NCBI GenBank assembly: GCA_030167145.1
Contig: CP126532.1
Coordinates: forward strand, 2,340,001-2,372,000
Length of the DNA stretch: 32,000 bases
Direction: 5' to 3'
DNA from: Ktedonobacterales bacterium
Lineage (GTDB): Bacteria; Chloroflexota; Ktedonobacteria; Ktedonobacterales; JADMIN01
Made by a program: the position numbers and the translations under genes. Shown here piece by piece: positions 14,236 to 23,052 of the stretch (position 1 is its first letter; every line of letters starts with the position of its first letter). The notes under the pieces were generated by a model. The model made no database searches and had not been told where the DNA came from. It saw only the letters and a list, made by a program, of their open reading frames with translations.

Positions 14236-15072
14236 ATGGGAACTGACAGCGGGCAGGGGATGGGCGTATTAACGCCGGTAGACCAAGCCTCTATCCCATT
14301 CTATGGCCGCGACCTGATTGCGGTCCGACTTGCGGACGGTCGGGTATGCGCGGTGTTACGTTGGCTGTGCGAAGGCATGGGGCTGGATAGTAACGCGCAA
14401 TTACAGCGTATCAAGCGGAAAACAGCGCTACGCGACGATCTGGTACATGTACGGGTTATGACAGAGTATGGCGAAGCGCCTATGGCCGCACTCACCTTGC
14501 ATGGCTTACCAGGCTGGCTCTATGGCATAGACGAAACGCGGTTAGCGAAAGCAGAAGCACGTGCAGCCGTCATTCTATTTCAGCGCGAAGCTACGGATGT
14601 ACTTGCACGTCACTTCGAGCGCCGTCCAGCGGATCCACCTGCACCGCCAGACCTCGTGCCTGCCGAGCCGATCACCAAGCCCGAAGCACCGGGCGAAGGC
14701 GCGCCGTTTTCAGCCTGGCGCGCGTACTATCAAGGGATGCTCGCGTTCATAGATTGGCAAGCCGCTATTGAGCAGTGGCGCGGGTCGGTCGAAAGTCGGC
14801 TGGAGGGTGTCGAGGAGATCACGCGGCTGGTGCCGGAGATTCTCGACCGGCTGGGGCCGCAGACGCTGACGCCGGAGCATCAAGCAACGGTGAAGGCGTC
14901 AGCGAAGCGGCTAAATGAACTGACCGGCATCGCCTACGCGACGATCTATGGCGAGCTAAATGAGGCGTTCCATGTGGGCAAGTACAGCGACGTACCAGAG
15001 AGCCGCTGGCTGGATGTGGCGGCGTGGTTGCGGGCGCGGATAGCGGCTGCTGAGAAGCGCCACACGTCGTGA
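14236..15072 (+). CDS. phage antirepressor-like protein (P22 Ant N-terminal domain + helical C-terminal region)
   Basis: IPFYGRDLIAVRLADGRVCAVLRWLCEGMGLDSNAQLQRIKR...MAALTLHGLPGWLYGIDETRL follows the P22_AR_N pattern (vpF.G..., GLd...Q, gWL..I). Confidence 0.85.
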   Translation: MGTDSGQGMGVLTPVDQASIPFYGRDLIAVRLADGRVCAVLRWLCEGMGLDSNAQLQRIKRKTALRDDLVHVRVMTEYGEAPMAALTLHGLPGWLYGIDETRLAKAEARAAVILFQREATDVLARHFERRPADPPAPPDLVPAEPITKPEAPGEGAPFSAWRAYYQGMLAFIDWQAAIEQWRGSVESRLEGVEEITRLVPEILDRLGPQTLTPEHQATVKASAKRLNELTGIAYATIYGELNEAFHVGKYSDVPESRWLDVAAWLRARIAAAEKRHTS

Positions 15073-15097
15073 TGTATGTGCGTGGCTAGGGGATCGC

Positions 15098-15778
15098 TCA
15101 CTGCTCTGCGCTCTGCGCCAGCAGCCGGTCTACCAGGGTCACGTCGGCCTCTGCGAGGGTGGTGACCAGGGCATCGGCGCGCTCCAGGCCGGGAGCATCG
15201 GCTTCGCCCGCGCGGCGCACGGCCAGGCAACGCATGCCGCCCGCGTGCGCCGCCGCCACCCCGGCGGGTGCGTCTTCGATCACCAGGCAGCGCGACGGCG
15301 CGACGCCCAGCCGCGCGGCAGCGGCCAGAAAGAGATCGGGTGCAGGCTTGCCGTGCGGCACTGATTCGCCAGACACCATCGCTTGCAGATAGCCCCCCAG
15401 CCCCAGCAGGTCTACGATCAGGTTGATGTTCGCCTCTGGCGCTGAGGAGCCGAGGGCCTGCTGATAGCCCGCCGCGTGCAGCGCCGCCATCAGTTCGCGT
15501 GCGCCCGGCAGCGCATGCGCGGACTGCTTCAACAGGTCGCGATAGATCTGCTCTTTACGCTCGCCCAGCGCCGTCACGCGCTCAGGTGGACCAGAGACGC
15601 CGAACATTTGCGGAATCACGTCGGCGTTGCGGCGGCCAAACCCCGCCCAGAACGCCGCATCGCTGTAAGGGAAGCCGTGCTCGCGCGCAAGCTGCTGCCA
15701 CGCGCGGCGATGTTGCTCGGCGCTATCGAGAATCACGCCGTCTACATCCCAGATCACTGCGTCGCGCCCGCGCTCCAT
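15098..15778 (-). CDS. HAD-superfamily hydrolase (beta-phosphoglucomutase-like subfamily IA)
   Basis: Motif I WDVDGVILDS, motif III HGKPAPD, motif IV IEDAPAGVAAAHAAG. Start chosen at ATG 15778 (MERGRD, GAGGG RBS) rather than the track start at 15853. Confidence 0.88.
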   Translation of the reverse strand: MERGRDAVIWDVDGVILDSAEQHRRAWQQLAREHGFPYSDAAFWAGFGRRNADVIPQMFGVSGPPERVTALGERKEQIYRDLLKQSAHALPGARELMAALHAAGYQQALGSSAPEANINLIVDLLGLGGYLQAMVSGESVPHGKPAPDLFLAAAARLGVAPSRCLVIEDAPAGVAAAHAGGMRCLAVRRAGEADAPGLERADALVTTLAEADVTLVDRLLAQSAEQ

Positions 15779-16457
15779 ACCTGCCCTCGCTAGATGTCCG
15801 CGCATGTGCTGCCAGCAGCGACAACGGACGACGAGAACGTTCGCGTCCGTCACGTCCGTTCAGCCGCATGTACATGGCTTCACCTTATTGCATACCACCG
15901 TCCGCCAAAGTTGTGCCAATAGTCACATCGCGATACCAGTGAGCAGCCCCGTTCGCTTTCTCCTGCAATAGCGATCCCATAGCAAGGGGAGGAGATTAGA
16001 CCAATATGCGACAAAGTATGAACATACCATATACGCCTTACGTTATGGTAGAGCCGCAAAAGGGGCGACATGAACAACTTTTCATCTTTCCTGTTGTGCT
16101 TGTTCATGATTGCATAGAGTGAGAAAAGTATGTGCAAACAATATCCAGACAGCAGGCGGAATAGCCAATTGGTACTATCGAGACTGGCACTTGTATTGCG
16201 CGAGCGCCAACGGTGGTTATAGTCTGCATGATGCGCGTGAGACGTACAAATGTTCCACAAGGGGTGGTCCCACGGGAACTTTCATGAACGTCCATTTGGG
16301 CGCACGGGGATGACGGGATGCTGTGCTGGGGTGGAATGCGTCGCACGGATTGGCGGCGCTGGGAACCGGAAGCGGTCGCCGCTAGGTCAGCGGCGCTCCG
16401 GTGTGGGGGAGAGGTGCGGTGGTACCGCGCGGATCCTGTCGAGTGGAGGTTGGTATT

Positions 16458-17405
16458 TTGCTGTCAACACGGTTGAAGTCTGGCGGGCGCTTTCTGTCGC
16501 TCGCCTTGTTGGGTGGTATCACCCTGAGTCCGGTCGCGGCAGCGCCGATGCGCGCCGCGCCAGTGGCATCGAACACGACGCTCACGTGGATCACGTTCGA
16601 AGGCTCGTGGCTTTGCCGCAGTTGGTCCAGTGGCGGTGTTCTCGGCAATGCGCGCCAGCAGCGCATGGATGGCGTCACCGAAGTGCTGCTCAAGCATGCT
16701 GGCACGGATGCGTACACCACCGGAGATGCGCTGGTTCACTGCACGTTGCGCTGGCATGTGGATGCACAGGGGCGGTTGATCTCGGATGCGCCGAGTTGGG
16801 TGCCGAACCCTACGGGAGCGTGGCCTGATACCCCTAATGATGTGCCGGACCCCGCATATGCGGTGCAGCGCCAGTATGCGCGCACGCCCGCGGCGAAGTC
16901 CGCGCCAAAGGTAGTGAAGCATCTGCCCGCGCCGAGGTCTGCATCCCACAGCAGCAAGTCGTCCACTGGCGGAGGCACCCCGCCGCCACCGCCGCCCAGC
17001 GGCGGCTACAACCCCTGGCAGCCGGTGCCCGGCCATCCGACCTATACGATGCACGACTTCGCGGGTGATCCATGGTCGCAGTTCTTCGGCGTCTGCACGT
17101 GGTACGCCTGGTACCGGCATCAGAGCGAGCCGCTGGAGAAGCTGGGTCCGGCCACCAACTGGCCGTCCGCCGCGCCGCACTATGGCCTGCGTGTCGGCAC
17201 GACGCCGGTGGTGGGCGCGTCGGTGGTCTTCATGCCGGGCGTCGAAGGCGCGGGCAGTGGCGGCCATGCCGGACACGTCGAGGCGGTTCTCGGCGGCGGC
17301 TGGTTCATCATCTCGGAGATGAACTTCTACTGGAATGGCGGCGGCTGGGGCCGCGTGGACTGGCGTTACGTCTATGTCCATTCCGGTGTGTACTTCATCT
17401 ATTAG
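16458..17405 (+). CDS. secreted CHAP-domain peptidoglycan hydrolase
   Basis: The C-terminus FFGVCTWYAWYR (Cys) ... GHAGHVEAV (His) ... ISEMN matches a CHAP domain. Poly-Pro linker GGGTPPPPPPSGG. Signal-like LSTRLKSGGRFLSLALLGGITLSPVAAAP. Start proposed at TTG 16458, 8 nt after GGAGG (track start is 16401). Confidence 0.8.
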   Translation: MLSTRLKSGGRFLSLALLGGITLSPVAAAPMRAAPVASNTTLTWITFEGSWLCRSWSSGGVLGNARQQRMDGVTEVLLKHAGTDAYTTGDALVHCTLRWHVDAQGRLISDAPSWVPNPTGAWPDTPNDVPDPAYAVQRQYARTPAAKSAPKVVKHLPAPRSASHSSKSSTGGGTPPPPPPSGGYNPWQPVPGHPTYTMHDFAGDPWSQFFGVCTWYAWYRHQSEPLEKLGPATNWPSAAPHYGLRVGTTPVVGASVVFMPGVEGAGSGGHAGHVEAVLGGGWFIISEMNFYWNGGGWGRVDWRYVYVHSGVYFIY

Positions 17406-17520
17406 TTTCCATCTCAGCCTGTCATCCCTGGGCGGAGGAGCCGCCCACACCATGTATGTATGTCGCGCCCGCTACTACTGGCAAACCGCTGGTGGTGGCG
17501 GGCGTTGGCGTCTGTAGCTG

Positions 17521-18015
17521 CTAGGCGCTCTCTTCTTGTCGCGGCAGCGCGGCGGGGCCGATGACGCGGTGATGCAAGGGCGAGGAGAGCACGATGGAGG
17601 TGTTCGATGAGCCGTAGGGTGTGAGGCGGGCGATGACGTCTTGCAGGTGCGCCACCGAAGAGACAACGGCGGTCAGCGTCATGCAGTCGTCGCCGGTCAC
17701 GTCGTGGCATTCGACGATCTCAGGGCAGGATTCGATGACGGCGAAGATGCGCGCATATGGCTCTCTGGACGCTTTGAAACGGATGATGGCGGTCAGCCCC
17801 AGGCCCAGCTTTGCCGGATTGACCGTGGCATGGTAGCCGGTGATGATGCCCGCCGCTTCCAAACGGCGGATGCGGTCGGCCACGGCGGGTGGGGTCAGGC
17901 CGACACGGCGGCCAAGGTCGGCATACGAGGCGCGGGCATTCTCTTGCAGGGCGCAGAGCAGCTCCCATCCGGTCTCGTCGAGGAGTCTTTCGGAATCGTT
18001 TATCATATGGGGCAA
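17521..18015 (-). CDS. Lrp/AsnC-family transcriptional regulator
   Basis: HTH LLCALQENARASYADLGRRVGLTPPAVADRIRRLEAAGII plus a C-terminal RAM/AsnC_trans_reg domain. Divergent from the permease gene. Confidence 0.9.
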   Translation of the reverse strand: MPHMINDSERLLDETGWELLCALQENARASYADLGRRVGLTPPAVADRIRRLEAAGIITGYHATVNPAKLGLGLTAIIRFKASREPYARIFAVIESCPEIVECHDVTGDDCMTLTAVVSSVAHLQDVIARLTPYGSSNTSIVLSSPLHHRVIGPAALPRQEESA

Positions 18016-18032
18016 TCACTTTCTGTTTGCGC

Positions 18033-18049
18033 CAGATTGACGCAATCTG
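18033..18049. promoter_or_regulatory. palindrome CAGATTG-acg-CAATCTG in the Lrp/permease divergent intergenic region (operator candidate)
   Basis: Perfect 7-bp inverted repeat between the two divergent start codons (18015 and 18139). Confidence 0.3.
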
Positions 18050-18138
18050 CTTTGGGATTTCCATTCCTTTCCGCCACATTTCTTTCTATCATATCATCGC
18101 GGATCTATCCATCCGGGCGGGGAGAGGAAACACGCGCT

Positions 18139-19437
18139 ATGGCGACGACGACACTGAACGGGCAGGCGTTACGCAAACATCTTACGTTGACTGATGGCTT
18201 CGTCTTATACACGAGCGCGGTATTGGGGCAGAGCTTGATCGTGCTGCCATCCATCGCCGCGCGGCATGCCGGGCCGTGGTCCGTCCTGGTGTGGGCGGCG
18301 CTGGCCGCTGTGTCGTATCCGCTGGCGCGCATCATGGCTGAGCTGGGCGCGCGCTATCCGTCGGCGGGCGGGGTTATTACATTCATCGGGCACGGCCTTG
18401 GCCAGCGGATCGGCTGGCTCACGGGTATCCTGTATCTGGCGGCGATTGTGGTGGGCGGTCCGGCGACGGCGCTGGTCTTTAGCGAATATGTGGGCAAGCT
18501 GATCCCGCTGCCCGCGTTCTGGCCCTTCGTGGTCGCGGGGGTGGTGCTGGCGGCGCTGATCGTGGGGAACTGCTTCGATGTGTCGCGGGTGATGCGATTC
18601 CAGCGGTGGGGATTCCTCGGCTGCCTGGCGGCAATTACCGTGGCGCTGCTGCTCGCGCTGCCGCATGTGACGGCGGCGCGGCTCACCGATGTACATGGAT
18701 ACGATCTGGCGGGGGTGGCTTCGACGGGGCTGATCTGTTTCTTCGCCTTCGTCGGCTGGGAGAACGCGGCCTTTTCGGGCGAGGAATTCGCGGATCCGCG
18801 CACGCTGGTGAAGGCGCTGGGGCTGGCCGTTGTGGCGGTCGGGGCGCTGTTCGTGCTGCTGGGGGTTACGGTGGTCGGCAGCCTGGATCGGGGGGTGATC
18901 GCGACGAGCGATGCCTCGCTGGCTGATCTGGTACGTCTCTCGCTGGGTGTGGCGGCGACGCGCGTGGCGGCGGCCATCGCGCTGGTGCTGATGATCTTGT
19001 TCATGTTCACCTGGGCGCGCAGTGCGACACGGCTGATCTATGCGCTGGCACGCGAGGGGTTGCTGCCGCGTGCGCTGGCGGGGGTGGATGCGGCGACGGG
19101 CGCGCCGCGCCGGGCGGCGTGGGCGCTGGGCGGCGCGTGGGGAGTGGCGCTGGCAGTGCAGTTCATTCTGGGCGTACCTATCGAGACATACATTCAGCTT
19201 TCCAGCGGCAATTTCTTGTTGACGTATGTGCTGATCGTGCTGGCGGCATGGCGGCTGCTGGATACGCGGCGGTATCTGCTGGCGCTGGTAAGCGCGTCGC
19301 TGGCGATCCTGTTGCTGGTGGTGGCTGGATTCCAAAGCCTGTGGTATGCGCTGGCGACAGCGGTGGTGTTCGCTGCGGTGATGGCGGTGCGGCGGACCGT
19401 TGGCGCGCGGCGGTATGCCGCGAAGGATGCGGGCTAG
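18139..19437 (+). CDS. APC-superfamily amino acid permease
   Basis: About 12 hydrophobic segments, with YPSAGGVITF and FVGWENAAFSGEEF motifs typical of APC transporters. Real start is ATG 18139 behind GGAGAGGA; the track ORF start at 17641 is an antisense read-through of the Lrp gene. Confidence 0.85.
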   Translation: MATTTLNGQALRKHLTLTDGFVLYTSAVLGQSLIVLPSIAARHAGPWSVLVWAALAAVSYPLARIMAELGARYPSAGGVITFIGHGLGQRIGWLTGILYLAAIVVGGPATALVFSEYVGKLIPLPAFWPFVVAGVVLAALIVGNCFDVSRVMRFQRWGFLGCLAAITVALLLALPHVTAARLTDVHGYDLAGVASTGLICFFAFVGWENAAFSGEEFADPRTLVKALGLAVVAVGALFVLLGVTVVGSLDRGVIATSDASLADLVRLSLGVAATRVAAAIALVLMILFMFTWARSATRLIYALAREGLLPRALAGVDAATGAPRRAAWALGGAWGVALAVQFILGVPIETYIQLSSGNFLLTYVLIVLAAWRLLDTRRYLLALVSASLAILLLVVAGFQSLWYALATAVVFAAVMAVRRTVGARRYAAKDAG

Positions 19438-19458
19438 CGGCGCGTATCGCTTGGCGGG

Positions 19459-19932
19459 CTAGATGCGCATATCGAGGATATGGGTGGGGTGGTTTGGAAT
19501 CGTGTGGAGGTGATGTTGCAAAAAGGGCGGATAGATGGTGAGTTCGGAGAGACGGCTGAGGGGATGCCAGGCGAAGGATAAGCGCACGCCGCCATCCATG
19601 ACCTCGAAAGCGTCGCGCTGGGTGGCGAGGCGCGAACCTGCTTGAAAGGACATGCGGTAGTAGAGGCCAATGCCATGTACGCGCTGATCGTCGAGCGCAA
19701 GGAAGCTCTCCACGATCCACAACAGGCGCTCCACATGAATTTCTTGCGCCAGCTCTTCGCGCATTTCGCGGGCAAGCGCCTCGGCAGAGGTCTCGCCGAT
19801 CTCTACCCGTCCTCCTGGCAGTATCCAATAGTTGGCGTCGTCCATCGTGTGGAGCAGGATGTGCTCATCCTGTATCGCCACTCCGGCTGTCCGATACGTA
19901 AATCGGTGGTTGTGCTGCGTGAAGTCAATCAT
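19459..19932 (-). CDS. NUDIX hydrolase
   Basis: Nudix box GGRVEIGETSAEALAREMREELAQE. Start chosen at ATG 19932 (MIDFTQ). Confidence 0.88.
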   Translation of the reverse strand: MIDFTQHNHRFTYRTAGVAIQDEHILLHTMDDANYWILPGGRVEIGETSAEALAREMREELAQEIHVERLLWIVESFLALDDQRVHGIGLYYRMSFQAGSRLATQRDAFEVMDGGVRLSFAWHPLSRLSELTIYPPFLQHHLHTIPNHPTHILDMRI

Positions 19933-20086
19933 TCTGTTGTTCTTCTCATAAGCGCCCTCTTTGCCGACTGATAATGAAGAGATTATGCGCCGCGAGCGTG
20001 GTAGAATGCTATCGCATGAAGCGCATGCGCGAGTGGACGGCTGAAGCGCATACACGGCTTGGCCTGGATGATGAGCTATCAGTGTT

Positions 20087-20470
20087 ATGAGAAAGTCACT
20101 CGATACGTGGCAGATCAACATGCTCCTTACAGGGCATTCGCTTGGAGTTGAGATTCCAGCTCCATCTAAGCATTGCCGCGCGTTTATGCTTATTCATAGC
20201 TTTAGCATCGCGCCGGGAAAGTATGGGCATGGACATACACGGCCCTCAATTTTTCTGAATGCCGATCATAGCGATGCACGCTTCCGCATCAGGGTTTTCG
20301 AAATTGATGAGGCGCATATCCATTTCGACACCTGGGATAGAGATCGTTATGAACGCGATATCGCATCTCAAGCAGATATTGTCAGCATCGCCCAATTGGA
20401 AGAGGCGTTGAGCGCCTATCTCGATGACTTTTCGGCTCTGGTTGATCCTATAAAGCTCGGCTATTGCTAA
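20087..20470 (+). CDS. hypothetical protein in an AT-richer islet
   Basis: 127-aa ORF. The C-terminal half (RFRIRVFEIDEAHIHFDTWDRDRYERDIASQADIVSIAQLEEALSAYLDDF) looks protein-like. The start is uncertain and no domain was recognised. Confidence 0.35.
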   Translation: MRKSLDTWQINMLLTGHSLGVEIPAPSKHCRAFMLIHSFSIAPGKYGHGHTRPSIFLNADHSDARFRIRVFEIDEAHIHFDTWDRDRYERDIASQADIVSIAQLEEALSAYLDDFSALVDPIKLGYC

Positions 20471-20498
20471 TCCTGCGTATGCATGCTCTTGAGGAAAC

Positions 20499-20527
20499 CT
20501 GACACCACTTGTCATGATGCGTACACT
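20499..20527 (+). promoter_or_regulatory. sigma70-like promoter candidate upstream of the ABC exporter
   Basis: CTGACA (20499-20504), 17-nt spacer, TACACT (20522-20527). This leaves a ~170-nt leader before ATG 20703. Confidence 0.35.
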
Positions 20528-20702
20528 ATCTTGGAGTATGGACCTGCCCGAATGTACGATGTCGTGTGAGGCGCGGTTCGTGTATGCTGGCAGCACGTAT
20601 GCGATTCGATGCCGTCCACTCGCGTCATACGCTTCTTGTGCAGTGGCGGTTTTCCACGCTCTCGCATCTGGCATTGCCACGAGACATCTTGATAGGACTT
20701 CT

Positions 20703-22565
20703 ATGATTAGCATGCACGGTCCCTTTCGCACCCGCCAGCGCGCCAAGGGCGACAACCTCACCCGGCAAAAGATCGCCGTCGCGTTCACCAGCATGCCCCG
20801 CGTGCTGAAGCTCGTCTGGAATATTCAGCCGTTTTTCACTGCTGTGCTGGGGCTGCTCTATGTGTTACAAGGCTTTCTGCCGACGCTGACGGCGGGTGTC
20901 ACGGCGCTGCTGATTGACGCGATTGTGCAGGGCGTGCGCACAGGCGGCGGGAGCGCGGCGATCAATCGCGTGATCTGGCTGGTGATCGCGCAATTCGCGG
21001 TGCAGGGGCTGAGCAGCCTGTTGCAAACGCTCTCCAACGTGGTGCAGCAGTTGTTGCAGGAGAAGACGACCTACGCCATCCAGTTGCTGCTGATGGAGAA
21101 GGCGAACACGCTGGACCTCTCGTTCTTCGAGGATGCGGAGTTCTACGACAAGCTGCAGCAGGCGCAGCAAGAGGCTACCTTCCGCCCGGTGAATATGATC
21201 TCGCAGACGTTCGGGCTGGGCCGCACCCTGGTGACAATGATTACGATGCTGATCGTGCTGGTACACTTGGCGTGGTGGCTGGCGATCATCGCGCTGCTGG
21301 CGCCGATTCCGGCGTTCATTGCCAACGTGCGCTACGGCTGGTGGGGCTATCAACTGATGCGCCGCCAGTCGCCGCTGCGCCGTGAGATGCTCTACTACGG
21401 CAATCTGCTCACTACCGATACGTATAACAAGGAGATCAAGCTCTTCACGCTCGGCGCGTTCTTCACCAACCTCTATCGCTCGCTCTCCAACCGCTTTTAT
21501 AAGGAGTCGCGGGGCATCATCGTGCCGCGCTATCTTGCCTCGTTCGCGTGGGGGCTGGCGAGCCTGCTGGTCAATGCGGGGGTGTATTTCTACGTCGCGC
21601 TTCAGACGCTGCTAGGTCGTATCTCTATCGGTGCGCTGACGTTTTATACGTCCACGGCGATTGGGCTAGGCAATAGCTTTCAGTCGTTGCTTAACGGCAT
21701 TTCGGATACCTATGAGAATACGCTGTACGTGAATACGCTCTTTGGCTTTCTCGAATACAAGCCGGCTATCGTCAGTCCACCAAATGGCCGCAAGCCCGAT
21801 ACGACAGGGTTGACTATTGAGTTCAAGCATGTCAGCTTCACCTATCCTGGCCCGGAGCGCAAGGAGCCTGCGCTGCGCGATGTGAGCTTCACGATCCACG
21901 CGGGCGAAGCTATCGCGCTGGTGGGGCGCAATGGCGCGGGCAAGACAACTATCGTCAAGCTGCTCACGCGGCTCTACGACCCCGATGACGGGCAGATTTT
22001 GGTCAATGGCCACGACATCAAGGAGTACGATTTGCCCGCGTTGCGGGCGCAGATTGGCGTGATCTTCCAGGATTATGTGACGTACTTCCTGACCGCCGCG
22101 CGCAATGTGGGCGTGGGGCGCGTGGAGACGATTGACGACCGCGCGGGGATCGAGGCGGCGGCGGCGAAGAGCGGCGCGGATGCGGTGATCGCGAAGCTGC
22201 CGGAGATGTATGATACGCAGCTTGGCAAGTGGTTCGATCAGGGGCAGCAGCTTTCCGGCGGCGAATGGCAGAAGATCGCGCTGGCCCGCGCCTTCATGCG
22301 CGACGCGCAACTGCTGATTCTCGACGAGCCGACCAGCTCACTCGATCCGCAGGCGGAGTACGAGGTGTTCGCGCGCTTCCGCGAGCTGACGGCTGGCAAG
22401 TCGGCGGTCTTCATCTCGCACCGCTTCAGCACAGTACGGCTGGCGAACCGTATTATCGTGCTGGAAGACGGCGGCGTGTTGGAAGAGGGCACGCACGAAG
22501 AGTTGCTGGCGCGCAATGGGCGCTATGCCGAGCTATTCAACCTTCAGGCTGAGGCGTACCGTTAG
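20703..22565 (+). CDS. ABC transporter, fused permease/ATP-binding protein (type I exporter, MsbA/MdlB-like)
   Basis: Six-TM N-terminal domain. Walker A GRNGAGKTT, signature LSGGEWQKIALARA, Walker B LLILDEPTSSLD, H-loop FISHR. Start placed at ATG 20703; 20712 is also possible. Confidence 0.9.
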   Translation: MISMHGPFRTRQRAKGDNLTRQKIAVAFTSMPRVLKLVWNIQPFFTAVLGLLYVLQGFLPTLTAGVTALLIDAIVQGVRTGGGSAAINRVIWLVIAQFAVQGLSSLLQTLSNVVQQLLQEKTTYAIQLLLMEKANTLDLSFFEDAEFYDKLQQAQQEATFRPVNMISQTFGLGRTLVTMITMLIVLVHLAWWLAIIALLAPIPAFIANVRYGWWGYQLMRRQSPLRREMLYYGNLLTTDTYNKEIKLFTLGAFFTNLYRSLSNRFYKESRGIIVPRYLASFAWGLASLLVNAGVYFYVALQTLLGRISIGALTFYTSTAIGLGNSFQSLLNGISDTYENTLYVNTLFGFLEYKPAIVSPPNGRKPDTTGLTIEFKHVSFTYPGPERKEPALRDVSFTIHAGEAIALVGRNGAGKTTIVKLLTRLYDPDDGQILVNGHDIKEYDLPALRAQIGVIFQDYVTYFLTAARNVGVGRVETIDDRAGIEAAAAKSGADAVIAKLPEMYDTQLGKWFDQGQQLSGGEWQKIALARAFMRDAQLLILDEPTSSLDPQAEYEVFARFRELTAGKSAVFISHRFSTVRLANRIIVLEDGGVLEEGTHEELLARNGRYAELFNLQAEAYR

Positions 22566-22828
22566 ATGCGTTTCTCATACTCGCGGTGATCGCCAATCCA
22601 GAGCCAGGTCATGGTATCGCCTTGCCTGATCCCAAGAGCGCGATAGTGGAATGTGGCGCGAACCGACCATAGGGGTGGTGGCGGATCCGAGCTAATCAAC
22701 TCGAAATTGAGGCTGGGATGGAAGGGATTGGCTTTCCAAAGCAGATACGATTTCTTCGCTTCCGCTTGTATGTCTTTGGGGAGTTTGCGATAGGCACGGC
22801 GGAAGGCGGGCGTGGTTTTGGATTTCAC
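22562..22828 (-). CDS. type II toxin, RelE/ParE superfamily
   Basis: 88 aa. AFRRAYRKLPKDIQ...NPFHPSLNFELI...WSVRATFHYRALGIRQGDTMTWLWIGDHREYEKRI matches the ParE/RelE-like pattern. Its start overlaps the upstream gene stop by 4 nt (ATGA). Confidence 0.8.
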   Translation of the reverse strand: MKSKTTPAFRRAYRKLPKDIQAEAKKSYLLWKANPFHPSLNFELISSDPPPPLWSVRATFHYRALGIRQGDTMTWLWIGDHREYEKRI

Positions 22829-23052
22829 GCCCAGTCCTCATCAGGACTGTCTTCCAGAGTGCCATTTTCTTCGGCTTCCGCTGCCTCAGCGCGCAATTGC
22901 GCGAAAAAAGCTTGTGAGCCAGGCTGGCGGAAGAGTTCGTGCCAGCGCACATTATCGAGCAGTGTTTCTTCCCAGAGCGCCGCCAGTTGCTCCTGTTCGT
23001 TTGGTGGGAGTTTTTCAGCGGCGGCGATCACCGCGCGCAGGCGGTCAATCAT
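22825..23052 (-). CDS. putative cognate antitoxin (75 aa)
   Basis: ATG 23052 behind GAAAGG. MIDRLRAVIAAAEKLPPNEQEQLAALWEETLLDNVRWHELF... with an acidic C-terminus. Translationally coupled to the toxin. Paralogous to 26733-26948. Confidence 0.6.
   Translation of the reverse strand: MIDRLRAVIAAAEKLPPNEQEQLAALWEETLLDNVRWHELFRQPGSQAFFAQLRAEAAEAEENGTLEDSPDEDWA

Noticed and set aside
14013-14244. Programmed ribosomal bypass (T4 gene-60-like hop) from ACT-TGA at 14019-14024 to ACT at 14242-14244.
   Set aside because: The matching take-off and landing codons and the adjacent stop fit. However, a ~220-nt hop is far beyond known examples, and ATG 14236 has its own plausible RBS (GAAAGG). It is kept only as a minor alternative inside the direct-repeat finding.
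15880-16400. ORFs 15880-16260(-), 16104-16346(-), 16110-16313(+) and a 38-codon ORF at 16006-16122(+) in the AT-rich gap between the HAD and CHAP genes.
   Set aside because: The translations look non-protein-like (Cys/His/Trp-rich, no motifs). Only the 38-codon ORF has a GGAGGAG nearby, with an 11-nt spacing, and nothing else supports it. The region is treated as intergenic/regulatory.
17641-18138. N-terminal extensions of track ORFs: 17641-18138 (permease), 20514-20702 (ABC), 24477-24923 (VOC), 23583-23858, 24005-24133, 23053-23262, 9969-10922 upstream part, 15779-15853, 954-1001.
   Set aside because: The extensions overlap other genes or intergenic promoters, lack family similarity, and internal ATG/TTG starts with good Shine-Dalgarno sequences fit the expected protein lengths.
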